This document shows positions 37,387 through 46,672 of a DNA stretch of 57,746 bases, piece by piece. Origin of the DNA: Spirochaetales bacterium (GTDB taxonomy: Bacteria; Spirochaetota; Spirochaetia; DAHUYW01); the NCBI GenBank assembly GCA_027314665.1, contig DAHVAK010000271.1, forward strand, positions 1-57,746, written 5' to 3'. The translations under genes and the position numbers were made by a program. The number at the start of each line of letters is the position of its first letter. Position 1 is the stretch's first letter. The notes under the pieces were generated by a model. It worked only from the letters and a program-made list of their open reading frames with translations, did not search any database and was not told the origin of the DNA.

Positions 37387-39513
37387 TCACTCCGTCGGCT
37401 CCCCCGCTGCAGCATCCAGCGTCTCGAGTCGGGCGCGCGGGTAGTAGTGGGAGAGAATCTCCTGGTAGGTGTAGCCTGCGGAAGCCATTCCGGCTGCCCC
37501 GCTTTGGTCCATTCCTACCCCGTGTCCCCATCCCCCGCCCGTGAAGATGAAATACTGCGGAAGACCGTTGGGGCCGAGCTTGGGGCGCACGGTGAAGAGG
37601 GTGCTGCGCAGCCCGCCCAGGGCGTAGCGAATCAGGTCGCCGCGCACGAAGACCGTGCCGTCCGCGCCGATCACCTCGACCTCGGCCACCCGGCCGGATA
37701 TCCCGCGGCCCCGGGTGATGATCGAGAGGACTCTTCCGATCGCCTTCTGCCGCTCGACGCGCCGGGCGATCTCTTGGGCGGGAACCCACTTCTCCCAGCG
37801 GTAGGCCGCTCGAGAGTAGTAGGGGGCGATCGCGCTGTAGGAGCTTGGGTCGCCCCGCAACCACGAGATAAGCGCCGTGAGCGGTAGATCGCTCGCGCGC
37901 TTCGCGGTAAGGAGGTCCGGGACCGCCTCCATGCCGGTCAATTCGCCCCAAACGACCGTGCTGTTTTCGGAGTAGCCCCCGGAGTTTGCGCTGTAGAAGG
38001 CCTCGAGCGGGCGGCCTTCGAAGAGGAGCACCTGTCCCGCAGTCGCATTCACCGCTTCGGTGGTTGCCGCGCTTTCGCTCCCAACCCCCCCGTAGGCGGC
38101 GGATACCACCGAGCCCGCGAGATCGTAGCCGCGGGAGGCAAAGGTCCCCAGGGAGGCGAGGGTGTAGGAGCGGGCCGCGACTGCTTGAGCCTTGAGGGCC
38201 GCCATCGGCCAGAAGGCAGGCATCTCCGAGGGGAGGACCGAATAGAGGTACTCCTCGAGGGGAAGGGCATTGATTACGGCGAAGCCCTCGCGGTCCGGTC
38301 GAAACTCCATAGTCCCCCGATAGGCCGGATTGCCGGTGGCCGCGTAGAAGCTGCCGCGCTCCGACACAAGATCGAAGATGAGGGTGGTGCACCGGGGATC
38401 CCCATACTCGAGGGTGACGGGGGCGCTCCAGGACAGGAAAGGCTCCTTTCCCGCATCGGAGAGGATGATCCCTTTTCCCTCGCTCCTTACGACGATGAGC
38501 TGATCGCCCGCTCCCCGGTAGAGGGGCGCGCCTCCCGGGGAGGCGGAGCGAATCACGAAGGGTCCTCCGGTCTTGAGGGTGATCGATCGAAGCTCCTCCG
38601 ACAGCCCCACGCGGACGATCCGCGAGGCGGCGACCTGGGGCGGGACTGCAGCCACCCGAGGAGGAACCAGCGTGCGCTTCGCTGTCGCCCGCGCCTGAGC
38701 CCGCTTCTCAGCGAGGATCGGATGAGCATCCTGCAGCTCCGTGATCTTCATCGCAATCCAGCCGTCGTTCGGGAGGATTTCGCGGGCCCGAAGGAGAAGG
38801 GGATAGGCCGCGTGATCTTCCCCCCGCGCGAGGATCGCGCGAGCGAGGGGGACGAGGGCAATCGTGAGGTCGGGATCCTGCCTGAGGACCCGCTCAAAGG
38901 ACTTTTCGGCGCCGGCGTACTCCGCCGAGGCGTAGAGGAGCTTCCCGAGAAAGTACCACGCCATGGGATGCCACTCGCGAAGCGCAAGCGACGAGCGCAG
39001 GAGCGAGATTGCGCGGAGCCGATCGCCGGAGTCCAGGTAAAGGAGCCCCTCGTAGAAGAGGGAGTGCGCCGATTCGATGGAGAGGGGAAGAAGCTCCCGC
39101 GCCCCTTTGAGATCCCCGGCGAGATAGCGGTTGACGAAGAGCTCCTGCTGCACCTTCGCCGGATCGGCGCTCGAGGCAGCGAGATCGCGGAGCACCTCGC
39201 CCGCCTTTCCGTACTCTCCGGCCTCCTGATACTCGCTCACGATCTCCCAGCGCGCCTCGAGGTCATGGGGGTTCCCGGCCATGAGCCTGCGAAGCATCTC
39301 GATGCTGCGGTTGAAGGAGCCGTGGTAGTAGTCGGCCACTGCCGCGGCGAAGGTCGGATGGGCCTCGGCGGGGACTATAGCGCCGCCTGCGCCACCCGCC
39401 ACCCGCGTCGTCACGCAGGAGCCCGCCCCGACGAGGATCGTCCCGATTGCGAGCAGCTCGAGCGCTCGCCGGAGGTGACGGATTCCGACTTTCGGAGTCT
39501 GTTCATTACGCAT
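37387..39513 (-). CDS. TPR-repeat + SpoIID/LytB domain lipoprotein
   Basis: The start at the ATG at 39513 gives a lipobox-like signal (LLAIGTILVGAGSC). TPR-like repeats occupy the N-terminal half. The C-terminal SpoIID blocks are EEYLYSVLPSEMP, ALKAQAVAARSY, YSANSGGYSE and GHGVGMDQSGA. Confidence 0.85.
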   Translation of the reverse strand: MRNEQTPKVGIRHLRRALELLAIGTILVGAGSCVTTRVAGGAGGAIVPAEAHPTFAAAVADYYHGSFNRSIEMLRRLMAGNPHDLEARWEIVSEYQEAGEYGKAGEVLRDLAASSADPAKVQQELFVNRYLAGDLKGARELLPLSIESAHSLFYEGLLYLDSGDRLRAISLLRSSLALREWHPMAWYFLGKLLYASAEYAGAEKSFERVLRQDPDLTIALVPLARAILARGEDHAAYPLLLRAREILPNDGWIAMKITELQDAHPILAEKRAQARATAKRTLVPPRVAAVPPQVAASRIVRVGLSEELRSITLKTGGPFVIRSASPGGAPLYRGAGDQLIVVRSEGKGIILSDAGKEPFLSWSAPVTLEYGDPRCTTLIFDLVSERGSFYAATGNPAYRGTMEFRPDREGFAVINALPLEEYLYSVLPSEMPAFWPMAALKAQAVAARSYTLASLGTFASRGYDLAGSVVSAAYGGVGSESAATTEAVNATAGQVLLFEGRPLEAFYSANSGGYSENSTVVWGELTGMEAVPDLLTAKRASDLPLTALISWLRGDPSSYSAIAPYYSRAAYRWEKWVPAQEIARRVERQKAIGRVLSIITRGRGISGRVAEVEVIGADGTVFVRGDLIRYALGGLRSTLFTVRPKLGPNGLPQYFIFTGGGWGHGVGMDQSGAAGMASAGYTYQEILSHYYPRARLETLDAAAGEPTE

Positions 39514-39601
39514 GCTGTAGTTCGCCTCAGCACAGTATCGGTCGGAAGAACGGGAAGGGCAACTCCAACCCGCGTCGGCGCCTTCAGCCAACACCGATAG
39601 G

Positions 39602-40174
39602 CGGATTTGGGATCGGAGCGTCGAAGAGCTCTCTTCAAGCTATCGGGTGGTGTGCTGCGATCGGCGAGACTCCCTACACGATCGCGGACGACATCGCCGG
39701 AGGCTTCGCCGCCGCCCAGCTCGAGCGGTGCTGTCTCGTCGGAGCCTCGGCGGGCGGCTTCTGCGCCCTCGAGGCCGCCCTTGCCTTTCCCGAGAGGGTG
39801 GCCGCCCTCGTGTTGGTTTCGGCGGAGCACCAACGGGACTCCGCAGCGCTCGCAGCGGGGGTGAACTCGGGGGACGCGGCGGCGATGGCAGAGGCTCACG
39901 CCCGCATGCGGCTCGACGGCCCGGGGCAGTCGAGGGCTCGAATTGCTCCGGAAGGCGCCTCGCCGAGACCGCCTGTCCCGCCCTGGCAGTCGACGGAGAG
40001 CTCGACTATCCGAAGTCGCACGCCTTCGCCTCCCTGTTTGAGCATGCGATCCCGCGGGCGCGACGAATCACCCTGGCAGGCTCCGCGCACCTTCCGCCCC
40101 TCGATCGTCCGGAGGCCTTCAACGCCATCCTGAGGGAGTCCCTCGCTGGACTCGACGAGGAGTGCCGGAAGTGA
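39602..40174 (+). pseudogene. alpha/beta-fold hydrolase remnant (N-terminally truncated, at least 2 frameshifts)
   Basis: Homology blocks are split over two frames. IWDRSVEELSSSYRVVCCDRR is in the 39647 frame. ETPYTIADDIAGGFAAAQLERCCLVGASAGGFCALEAALAFPERVAALVLVS (nucleophile elbow GASAGG) is in the 39447 frame. The typical C-terminus (AVDGELDYP...ITLAGSAHLPPLDRPEAFNAIL) is back in the 39647 frame. No HG oxyanion N-terminus is present. Confidence 0.7.
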
Positions 40175-40295
40175 GCGACGCAAGCGCTTTCGCCCCCCGC
40201 GAACCGTCCCCAAGCGGGCTCGCGCCGGTCTCCCTGCTTGCCGCCGGCTTTGACAATCCCCGTGGGCATGCTTGCGAACCGGTGACCCGATGCCC

Positions 40296-41177
40296 TTATG
40301 CGGGAAGTCCGAATTGCTGGGTGTTGATCCACTCCGCCTTCGTCATCGACCAGCAGTCGACGGCGAGCCCTTTCAGGACGTACTCGTAGGGGAGCCAGCC
40401 GTAGCCGTTCTCGCCCCACTGGGTTCCCCAGGAGTTGCGGATGAGCAAGGCTCCGGTGGTCTCTACCCCTCCGGGATTTCGGTTCGTGATCTTCACCGCG
40501 TCGTCGTAGCCGACGAGCGCCACCGCGTGGCCGCCGACGACGCGGTCCGTCGGAATGGGAAAGGGAATCTTGCCCTCGTTGGATGCCGCCTGGGTGTGGG
40601 AGTCGTAGACCGTGAAACCGATGATCGAGACGTGCCCTGCCGCGAGGGAGCTCTTGATGCTCGTCAGAAACTCCGCCTCGGTCGCTCCGATCGGATCGAG
40701 TCGATAGTAGAGCAGCGCCTGGAAGCTCAAGGCAAAGGCGTAGCAGAAGGCCGTCGGCTCCTTGTCGAAATCGGCGATCGTGTAGGGCCAATACTTTTCG
40801 GGGGGAGTGCCGAAGAGTGCCAAGGCTCCCATGGTGGACCTCAGGTAGGCGCCGCTGTCACCCTTCCACCCCATTAGGTTTCTGGTAACCTTGTAGAGAA
40901 AGAGGCGCGAGCAGTTCGTGAAGGCTCCCTTCGCGCGCCGCTCGAAGTACTCGTACATCCCCACCGCCGCGTTGGCGGTGCAGGACCCGAGGTCTTGTTG
41001 ATCCTCAACGGGCGAGCAGTAGGGACGCAAGTCGACCGAGGCGCCTGCTTTTACGGCCTGCCGAACCTTCAATCCGGAGAAGGAATCCTTGATTCTCTCG
41101 TGTCCCGCCGCATAATCTCGAATGTCGGGATAGTCCGGAATCCATCCCATTCCCATCGCTCCCTCCATGTGCTTCAC
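40296..41177 (-). CDS. papain-family (C1A) cysteine peptidase
   Basis: The catalytic Cys block is DQQDLGSCTANAAVG, the His block is VGGHAVALVGYDD and the Asn/Trp block is IRNSWGTQWGENGYGWLPYEY. No signal peptide or pro-domain is evident. Confidence 0.85.
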   Translation of the reverse strand: MKHMEGAMGMGWIPDYPDIRDYAAGHERIKDSFSGLKVRQAVKAGASVDLRPYCSPVEDQQDLGSCTANAAVGMYEYFERRAKGAFTNCSRLFLYKVTRNLMGWKGDSGAYLRSTMGALALFGTPPEKYWPYTIADFDKEPTAFCYAFALSFQALLYYRLDPIGATEAEFLTSIKSSLAAGHVSIIGFTVYDSHTQAASNEGKIPFPIPTDRVVGGHAVALVGYDDAVKITNRNPGGVETTGALLIRNSWGTQWGENGYGWLPYEYVLKGLAVDCWSMTKAEWINTQQFGLPA

Positions 41178-41345
41178 CCTCCTTTGTCACCTCGCATCGA
41201 ATCGCCGCGCATCCAAGGACGGTTTCGCGATTCGGACGTATCGGTGCCTGAATTGAGGTGTGCTTCAAATGATAGTGCCTTCGGCTCCCGCTCGCAATCG
41301 AAGGCTCGAAAAAAGACTCCGGCGGCGACGCTGCGGCGCCTCGCT

Positions 41346-42767
41346 TCAAGGCTTGACGACGAGAGCCCCGAAGCTGCTCCCGCCCATCTGAGTTCCGTAG
41401 ATCTTGCCGTGGATCCGCACGTGGATCGTCCGCTCTTGCAGGTACGCGTTGTACAGGACGACGACGACCGCCCCATCAGGTCTGACGAAGGAGACGGCGT
41501 TCGAATCCATTCCGCCGCTCGCAGCCAGCTTCGATCCGGGAGGCACGAACTTGCTGAAGCTTCCGAAGGCGTAGTACATCGGGGTGTAGGCGACCCTCTT
41601 GGCCGTCGTGTCGACCACGATCGCGCTGTTCTGTGGCCACGGGCGAACGACATCGAGATTCATACCGTGCTGGTCGAGCACCATGTTCCACATCTCGTAG
41701 ACCGACACCCCCGCTTCGAGGTAGTCGCGCATCAGCCCCCAGGTGTAGGCGGCGTAGGAGATGTCGTTCTGAGGGCGCTCCGGGTTGAAGCCGGGCCTCC
41801 ATGGCCAGTTCCCGCAGTCGGTCTCGGTTTCCCACAAGGGCATGCCCTTGTCGAGGAAGCGGAAGGTCGGGATCAGGTCGATCCCCGACCACTGAAGCCC
41901 CACCACCGAGACGTAGCCCCGCGCCTGCGGATCGCTCAAGACTCCTTGCGCGTGCGGAAGCTCGTCGCCCTCGTTGAAGGTTCCGAGCATGATCGCATTC
42001 TCGAGCCCCTCCTTCGCGAAGAGGGGCCCCATGTAGCTCAGAACGAAGGTGTGGTACTGCTCGGGGGTCCAGAGGCAGGAGGGGTAGTGCTGCTCGATGA
42101 GCGGCTCGTTCTGCACCGCCACCAGGTCGAGGGGGAGTCCCTCGGCGCGATAGGCCTTGATGAAGTCGGCGAGGTAGGCGGCGTAGGCCGCGTAGACCCG
42201 CGGATCACTGCGAAGCGAGCCGCCGTCGTAGGCGTTGTTCGTCTTCATCCAGGTCGGCGGAGTCCAGGCGGAGCCCCAGAGCTTCAGCTCGGGCTGATAG
42301 GCGAGCGCAGCCCGAATGAAGGGGATGAGGAGCCTGCGGTCGCGCGCAATCGAGAAGCCCTTCATTTCGTAGTCGTTCGGGCTCTCGTCGTCAGTGTAGC
42401 GGTCGAGGGCGTAGTCGCTTGCCCCGATCGGAACCCGGCAGATTCGAAGCGCGAGCCCCTCGGTCGGGTCGAAGAGCCTCTCCATCACCGCGCTGCGTTC
42501 CGCCTCGGAGAGAGAGAGGAGCGCCTCCCACCCCTTCTCGTTGAAGGCGCCGCCGAATCCCTCGATCGTCTGCCGGGTTCGGGCGGGGTCGACGACGACA
42601 TCCGCGGTCTTTCCTCCCACGGTGACGATCACCTCCTTGAAGGGCGAGCTCCCGTCCGAGACGTAGGCGGTTGCGTTCGTCGCCTCAGGCAAGGGACGAT
42701 CGGAGGCGCAAGCGGCAAGCGCGAGAGCCGCTAGTACAGAGAGCGCAACGACGGTTCTTCTTTTCAT
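41346..42767 (-). CDS. glycoside hydrolase family 30 lipoprotein (glucosylceramidase-like)
   Basis: The lipoprotein signal is MKRRTVVALSVLAALALAACAS. GH30 blocks are QTIEGFGGAFNE, RVPIGASDY, LWGSAWTPPTWMKTN, AVQNEP and WETE. Confidence 0.85.
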   Translation of the reverse strand: MKRRTVVALSVLAALALAACASDRPLPEATNATAYVSDGSSPFKEVIVTVGGKTADVVVDPARTRQTIEGFGGAFNEKGWEALLSLSEAERSAVMERLFDPTEGLALRICRVPIGASDYALDRYTDDESPNDYEMKGFSIARDRRLLIPFIRAALAYQPELKLWGSAWTPPTWMKTNNAYDGGSLRSDPRVYAAYAAYLADFIKAYRAEGLPLDLVAVQNEPLIEQHYPSCLWTPEQYHTFVLSYMGPLFAKEGLENAIMLGTFNEGDELPHAQGVLSDPQARGYVSVVGLQWSGIDLIPTFRFLDKGMPLWETETDCGNWPWRPGFNPERPQNDISYAAYTWGLMRDYLEAGVSVYEMWNMVLDQHGMNLDVVRPWPQNSAIVVDTTAKRVAYTPMYYAFGSFSKFVPPGSKLAASGGMDSNAVSFVRPDGAVVVVLYNAYLQERTIHVRIHGKIYGTQMGGSSFGALVVKP

Positions 42768-42963
42768 GGCGTCTTACCTCCTGAGCTCAGAGAGTCGTAC
42801 TGCGCGGAGAAACCCGATGGCTAGGGACAATAGCCCGATGGACTTCGCGGAACCCATCGGAGACCAGCTGCGGCGATGAGCGCTCTCTCCACGCGTGGGG
42901 AGCGCGGTTCATGACCCAAGTATGGACTCATTTTGGCCCGTTTGCCACCTTTCCATCGGCCAA

Positions 42964-43003
42964 CAGGGTGCTGACAGAGTGATTGACCCGTCGCCAAAAC
43001 GGC
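42964..43003 (+). repeat. MITE-like element, left-arm fragment (half copy)
   Basis: CAGGGTGCTGACAGAGTGATTGACCCGTCGCCAAAACGGC matches the left arm of the full copies with a few substitutions and then diverges. There is no TA flank and no right arm. Confidence 0.65.
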
Positions 43004-43167
43004 AAATCGTTGATGCAGAGCGGTCATCGCGGCTCCTGCTCCGGGGGCGCGCTTCACTCTCCACGGCACGCGCTGCGCATTTTCCCTTTTTTCGATGCAA
43101 CCGGACAGACCAAGCCCCGGTATACAGGCGGTGACAGACCATTCCTGGTTCACAGAGGAGGTGTGCG

Positions 43168-43470
43168 GTGAAAAGACTGGTGTTGGCGATCGGCCTGATG
43201 CTCGCAGCAGGGTTGCTGTTCGCAGCCGGGCCTCAGGGAGGGGCGGGAGCCGCGAGGCAGACGCAGGCGCAAACGGGGGACTGTGACGGAATACCGGACC
43301 AGATCCGGGACCAGCTTCAATTGCAGGACGGCTCCTGCCTGGACGACTTCCTCACCGTGGAGAGCTCCCCCATCCTCGGCTCTTCGGCGACTCAGAGCCG
43401 GGATCAGCTGCAGGACTGCACCAGCGACGGCGTTCCCGATCAGGACAGGATCCAGCAGAGCAGGCCGTAG
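43168..43470 (+). CDS. small secreted protein with two thrombospondin-type-3-like Asp-rich motifs
   Basis: The GTG start is preceded by GAGGAGG. The signal peptide is MKRLVLAIGLMLAAGLLFAAG. The two related motifs are CDGIPDQIRDQLQLQDGSC and CTSDGVPDQDRIQQ. Confidence 0.55.
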   Translation: MKRLVLAIGLMLAAGLLFAAGPQGGAGAARQTQAQTGDCDGIPDQIRDQLQLQDGSCLDDFLTVESSPILGSSATQSRDQLQDCTSDGVPDQDRIQQSRP

Positions 43471-43656
43471 GGGCAGTCATCACGATGCAGCTCAAAAAGT
43501 ATCGAACGCGGGCCCGCACGGGGGGAGTTCCCCCTGCGCGGACCCGCCTTTCGTCGCACCATGAAAGAGACCAAGCGGGTCCGACCGCTCTCGCCGGGAT
43601 CTCAACAAGCCGGCCCCCGGCTCAAGATCCAGACAGAGTCCATCCAGCTTCCGCGA

Positions 43657-44547
43657 CTACCTCACCGCAGGCTTGGCGCTCCCATTGGCGTCTTGCTTGA
43701 ACGGGAGAATACCCGCCATCTCGCCGATGACGTTCACCAGCTCCGTGTTCGACGGGATCACGATCTTCGCATTCGCCGAAAGGGCGGTCTCCACCGTCAT
43801 GAGTCTTCTCAGCAGCTGCGCGTTACCGACGAAATACTTGTCTGCCGCTTCATTGACGAGCCTGATCGCCTGCGCCTCGCCCTCGGCTTCGAGGATCTTC
43901 GCCTGCCGTACCCCTTCGGCCTTCTTGATCTCGGCTCTTCGCGCGCCGTCGGCCATCGTCTCCGTGGCGGTCGCGAAATCAATCGCGGCAACCTTCTCGT
44001 TCTCGGCCTTCACAACCTTGTTCATCGTCTCCTGGACGTCCTCGGGCGGATCGATCTCTTTCAACTCGGTTCTGACGATGTCGATTCCCCAATGCGCAGT
44101 CTCTTCGCGCAGCGTGCGGTGCAGCTCGCTGTTGATCTTGCCGCGCTCGCTGTTCGCCGACTTCAGGGTCATTGTGCCGATGATGTTTCGCAAGGTCGTT
44201 CGGGCAAGATTGACGATCTGATACTTGTAGTTGTTTACGCTGTATTGGGAGTTCTTTACGTTCTCTTCGTCGCTCTTGACCTTGAAATAGACCTGCGCGT
44301 CCACGCTTGCATTGAGCTTGTCGCTGGTGATGATCTCCTGCGGCTCCGCGTTGACCATGACCTCGGTGATGTTGATCTTGAACATTCGGTCAATCACCGG
44401 AATGATCCAGTTGAAGCCGGGAGAGGCGTAGCGGCGGTATTTGCCGAGGCGTTCGACAAGCCCGCGCGTGGTCGGACGTATGACCCGAATTCCACTCAAG
44501 AACACCACGAAGACGACCACGACGGCGAGAAAAATCCAATAATACAT
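43657..44547 (-). CDS. SPFH/band-7 (stomatin/prohibitin-like) membrane protein
   Basis: It has an N-terminal TM anchor (MYYWIFLAVVVVFVVFL) and an SPFH domain (GLVERLGKYRRYASPGFNWIIPVIDR...). A coiled-coil follows (EAEGEAQAIRLVNEAADKYF). Confidence 0.85.
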   Translation of the reverse strand: MYYWIFLAVVVVFVVFLSGIRVIRPTTRGLVERLGKYRRYASPGFNWIIPVIDRMFKINITEVMVNAEPQEIITSDKLNASVDAQVYFKVKSDEENVKNSQYSVNNYKYQIVNLARTTLRNIIGTMTLKSANSERGKINSELHRTLREETAHWGIDIVRTELKEIDPPEDVQETMNKVVKAENEKVAAIDFATATETMADGARRAEIKKAEGVRQAKILEAEGEAQAIRLVNEAADKYFVGNAQLLRRLMTVETALSANAKIVIPSNTELVNVIGEMAGILPFKQDANGSAKPAVR

Positions 44548-44686
44548 ATCATTCTCCTTGCCCGACCGGGCGGGCCGATGTGCGGCTTGAAGCTGCGACC
44601 TTCGAGGTGTCGCAGAGGGCGCCTTGAACAGGTCTCTGCGTCACTCACGTGCGTCTATCGCCCGACACGCTTCAGTATTTCGCTAT

Positions 44687-44807
44687 CAGGGTGCTGACAA
44701 GGTGATTGACCCACTGCCAAAACGGCGTTTTCGGTTGTGTCTCTTGCCCCAAGGTGGTTGGAGAAAGCACCGTTTTGGGAGGTACCTTTTCGGTTGTCAG
44801 CACCCTG
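44687..44807 (+). repeat. MITE-like palindromic element, full copy B (121 bp)
   Basis: The element runs CAGGGTGCTGACAAGGTGATTGACCCACTGCCAAAACGGCGTTTTC...GAAAGCACCGTTTTGGGAGGTACCTTTTCGGTTGTCAGCACCCTG. TA flanks lie at 44684-44685 and 44809-44810. It sits between the SPFH gene and the 3' end of the integrase. Confidence 0.8.
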
Positions 44808-44924
44808 CTAGTCCCCTTTTCGGGCGCGGCGACGACATCCCCGGCGAGGGCCGGCGCGGCGCGTTTCGCGGCGTGCCGGCCATGGACGCGCGCCGCAGCA
44901 GCTCTCTGTGCGAAGACCGCTCAG

Positions 44925-45857
44925 TCATCTCTCGCCGCTGCTTTCTTCTGTTCCGCGAGCCGGCCCGTCCGGGAGGCCCTCGTTCACCTCTGCCGAGCCG
45001 CGCCGAGCTGCCTCGGATACGTCGATGAAGGCCTCGTGCGGCTTCAAGGTTGCATTGGTGTACATTCTCGCCGTGAGACCGGGATCTGCGTGACCCAGGG
45101 CAGCGGCTACGGCCCGGAGGTCCTTGCCTCGCTGGATCTGGATGCGCGCCCAGGTGTGGCGCAATTGGTGGGCCGTGACCTCCCGTCCAAGCGTCCGCAG
45201 CGATTCGTACTTGATCCTGTTCGTTACCGATATTCGGTTGAACGGCTTGCCGTGATGCTCGAAGAGATAGGTGGCGCCGTGGAAGTAGGTTCGGACATGC
45301 TCCACGAACTTGGTCTTGACGTGGACCACCCTTTCCTTGGCTCTTTTCCCCACGATGCGCACCTCGACGAAATCAACGTCCGCCGGCTGCAAATCGGTGA
45401 GTCGGATCGCCAACATTTCGGACACCCGCACGCCGGTACCGACGAGAAACTGGACCATGAGCCGAATTGTGTTGTCCTTTGTCTTTTCCACGAAATTGTG
45501 GACTTCCTCCACGCTGAGCACCTTTTCCGGCGGGACGGCGAGGCTGTCGATTCGCTTCGGTTTGACCTGCTTCAGCACCTCTTCGAGTTGATAGTTCTTG
45601 CGAAGACTCTCGGCGGAGGAGCTGTGCTTGAAGGCATAGCGGATTCGGCTCTTGGCGGCCGCGATCTTACGGTTGATCGTCGCCGGACTGTAGCGCCTTC
45701 CGTCGTGCTCTTCTTCAAGCCAGGCGGCATATTCCTTGAGCGCGTCCACCAACAGCAGGTCGCGCTCCTTCATGAACGTGATGAACTGCTTCACGTCGAG
45801 ATTGTACGCATCGCGAATTTCCTCGAGCTCCTTGAACACCTTCTCCTGCTCCGTCAT
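44925..45857 (-). CDS. tyrosine recombinase / phage-type integrase
   Basis: 310 aa from the ATG at 45857, which is preceded by AGGAGG. It has a SAM-like N-domain. The catalytic blocks are GTGVRVSEMLAIR (Arg), AHQLRHTWA (HxxR) and LGHADPGLTARMY (His...Tyr). The gene is visibly more A/T-rich than its neighbours. Confidence 0.88.
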   Translation of the reverse strand: MTEQEKVFKELEEIRDAYNLDVKQFITFMKERDLLLVDALKEYAAWLEEEHDGRRYSPATINRKIAAAKSRIRYAFKHSSSAESLRKNYQLEEVLKQVKPKRIDSLAVPPEKVLSVEEVHNFVEKTKDNTIRLMVQFLVGTGVRVSEMLAIRLTDLQPADVDFVEVRIVGKRAKERVVHVKTKFVEHVRTYFHGATYLFEHHGKPFNRISVTNRIKYESLRTLGREVTAHQLRHTWARIQIQRGKDLRAVAAALGHADPGLTARMYTNATLKPHEAFIDVSEAARRGSAEVNEGLPDGPARGTEESSGER

Positions 45858-46109
45858 GCCGCACGCCCCTCCTACTTTCTCTTCGCTCCAGGTACCCCAG
45901 AGATTTGCAGAACTATTATTTAGTAATGTAACAGATAAAGTAGGCAAAGTCAAGCCTTCTCGGCGCCGCGAAACCGACCTCCGGGTGTGCGCGCCGCGCA
46001 TTCGGCTCCGACCCCTTCGGGGAGTGCTGTCGCATAGAGGCGAAGGATCGACTCTCTCCGTGCCGCTCCACTCCTTTACCATGGTATCCTGATGCAACAG
46101 GGGGGTGAT

Positions 46110-46622
46110 ATGGTGAAGGACAAAGGATTTGTCGAGTCCCGAGAGGTGATTGAAGGGATGCTTCGTGGGGAGACGCTGGGATTCCTCGGACTGTCCGTGG
46201 ACGGTAGGCCCTATGTAGTCCCGCTCACCTACGGATACCTCGACGGCCGGATCCTCTTCCATGGCGCGCTATCCGGAAAGAAGCTCGACTGCATCAGAGC
46301 AAACCCGAACGTTTGCTTCACGGTCGGGCGTCAACGGGGCAAACTGGTTCGTCATCCGCAGGGCGCGCGCTGCCACGTGGCCAATGACAGCGCCATCTGC
46401 TATGGGGTCGCGCGAATACTGGAGGATGTGCAGGAGCGCCGAACGGCCCTGCAAGCCTTCAACCGCTGTCTCGAGCCCGACGCCGGAGAGATTACCTTCG
46501 AGGCGGCCGCACAGTGCTCTGCCGTCGAGATCAAGATCGCCGAGATGACGGGTCGACGGCAGCAAGGATCGAACTACGCCTTCTTTCGCTACGAGTTTGG
46601 AGACAAGGGCGCGCGAGCATAG
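46110..46622 (+). CDS. pyridoxamine 5'-phosphate oxidase family (NimA-like) flavoprotein
   Basis: The start ATG at 46110 follows GGGGG. The split-barrel blocks are LGFLGLSVDGRPYVVPLTYGYLDGRILFHGALSGKKL and NPNVCFTV. Confidence 0.75.
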   Translation: MVKDKGFVESREVIEGMLRGETLGFLGLSVDGRPYVVPLTYGYLDGRILFHGALSGKKLDCIRANPNVCFTVGRQRGKLVRHPQGARCHVANDSAICYGVARILEDVQERRTALQAFNRCLEPDAGEITFEAAAQCSAVEIKIAEMTGRRQQGSNYAFFRYEFGDKGARA

Positions 46623-46672
46623 GGGGGGGCGGAGGCTCTGGGGATCCCGGAGAGCCTTCCTCCACGGCAGGG

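Noticed and set aside
42821-43171. Small ORFs overlapping the 42.8-43.2 kb intergenic region (42821-43153, 42895-43134, 42909-43142 and 42983-43171).
   Set aside because: They are mutually overlapping, read through the MITE fragment, and have no RBS or motifs.
45858-46262. The 135-aa N-terminal extension of the integrase ORF (start at 46262).
   Set aside because: The extension has no recombinase features and runs through the AT-rich promoter-like region. The ATG at 45857 has a strong AGGAGG RBS and gives a normal-length (310 aa) tyrosine recombinase.
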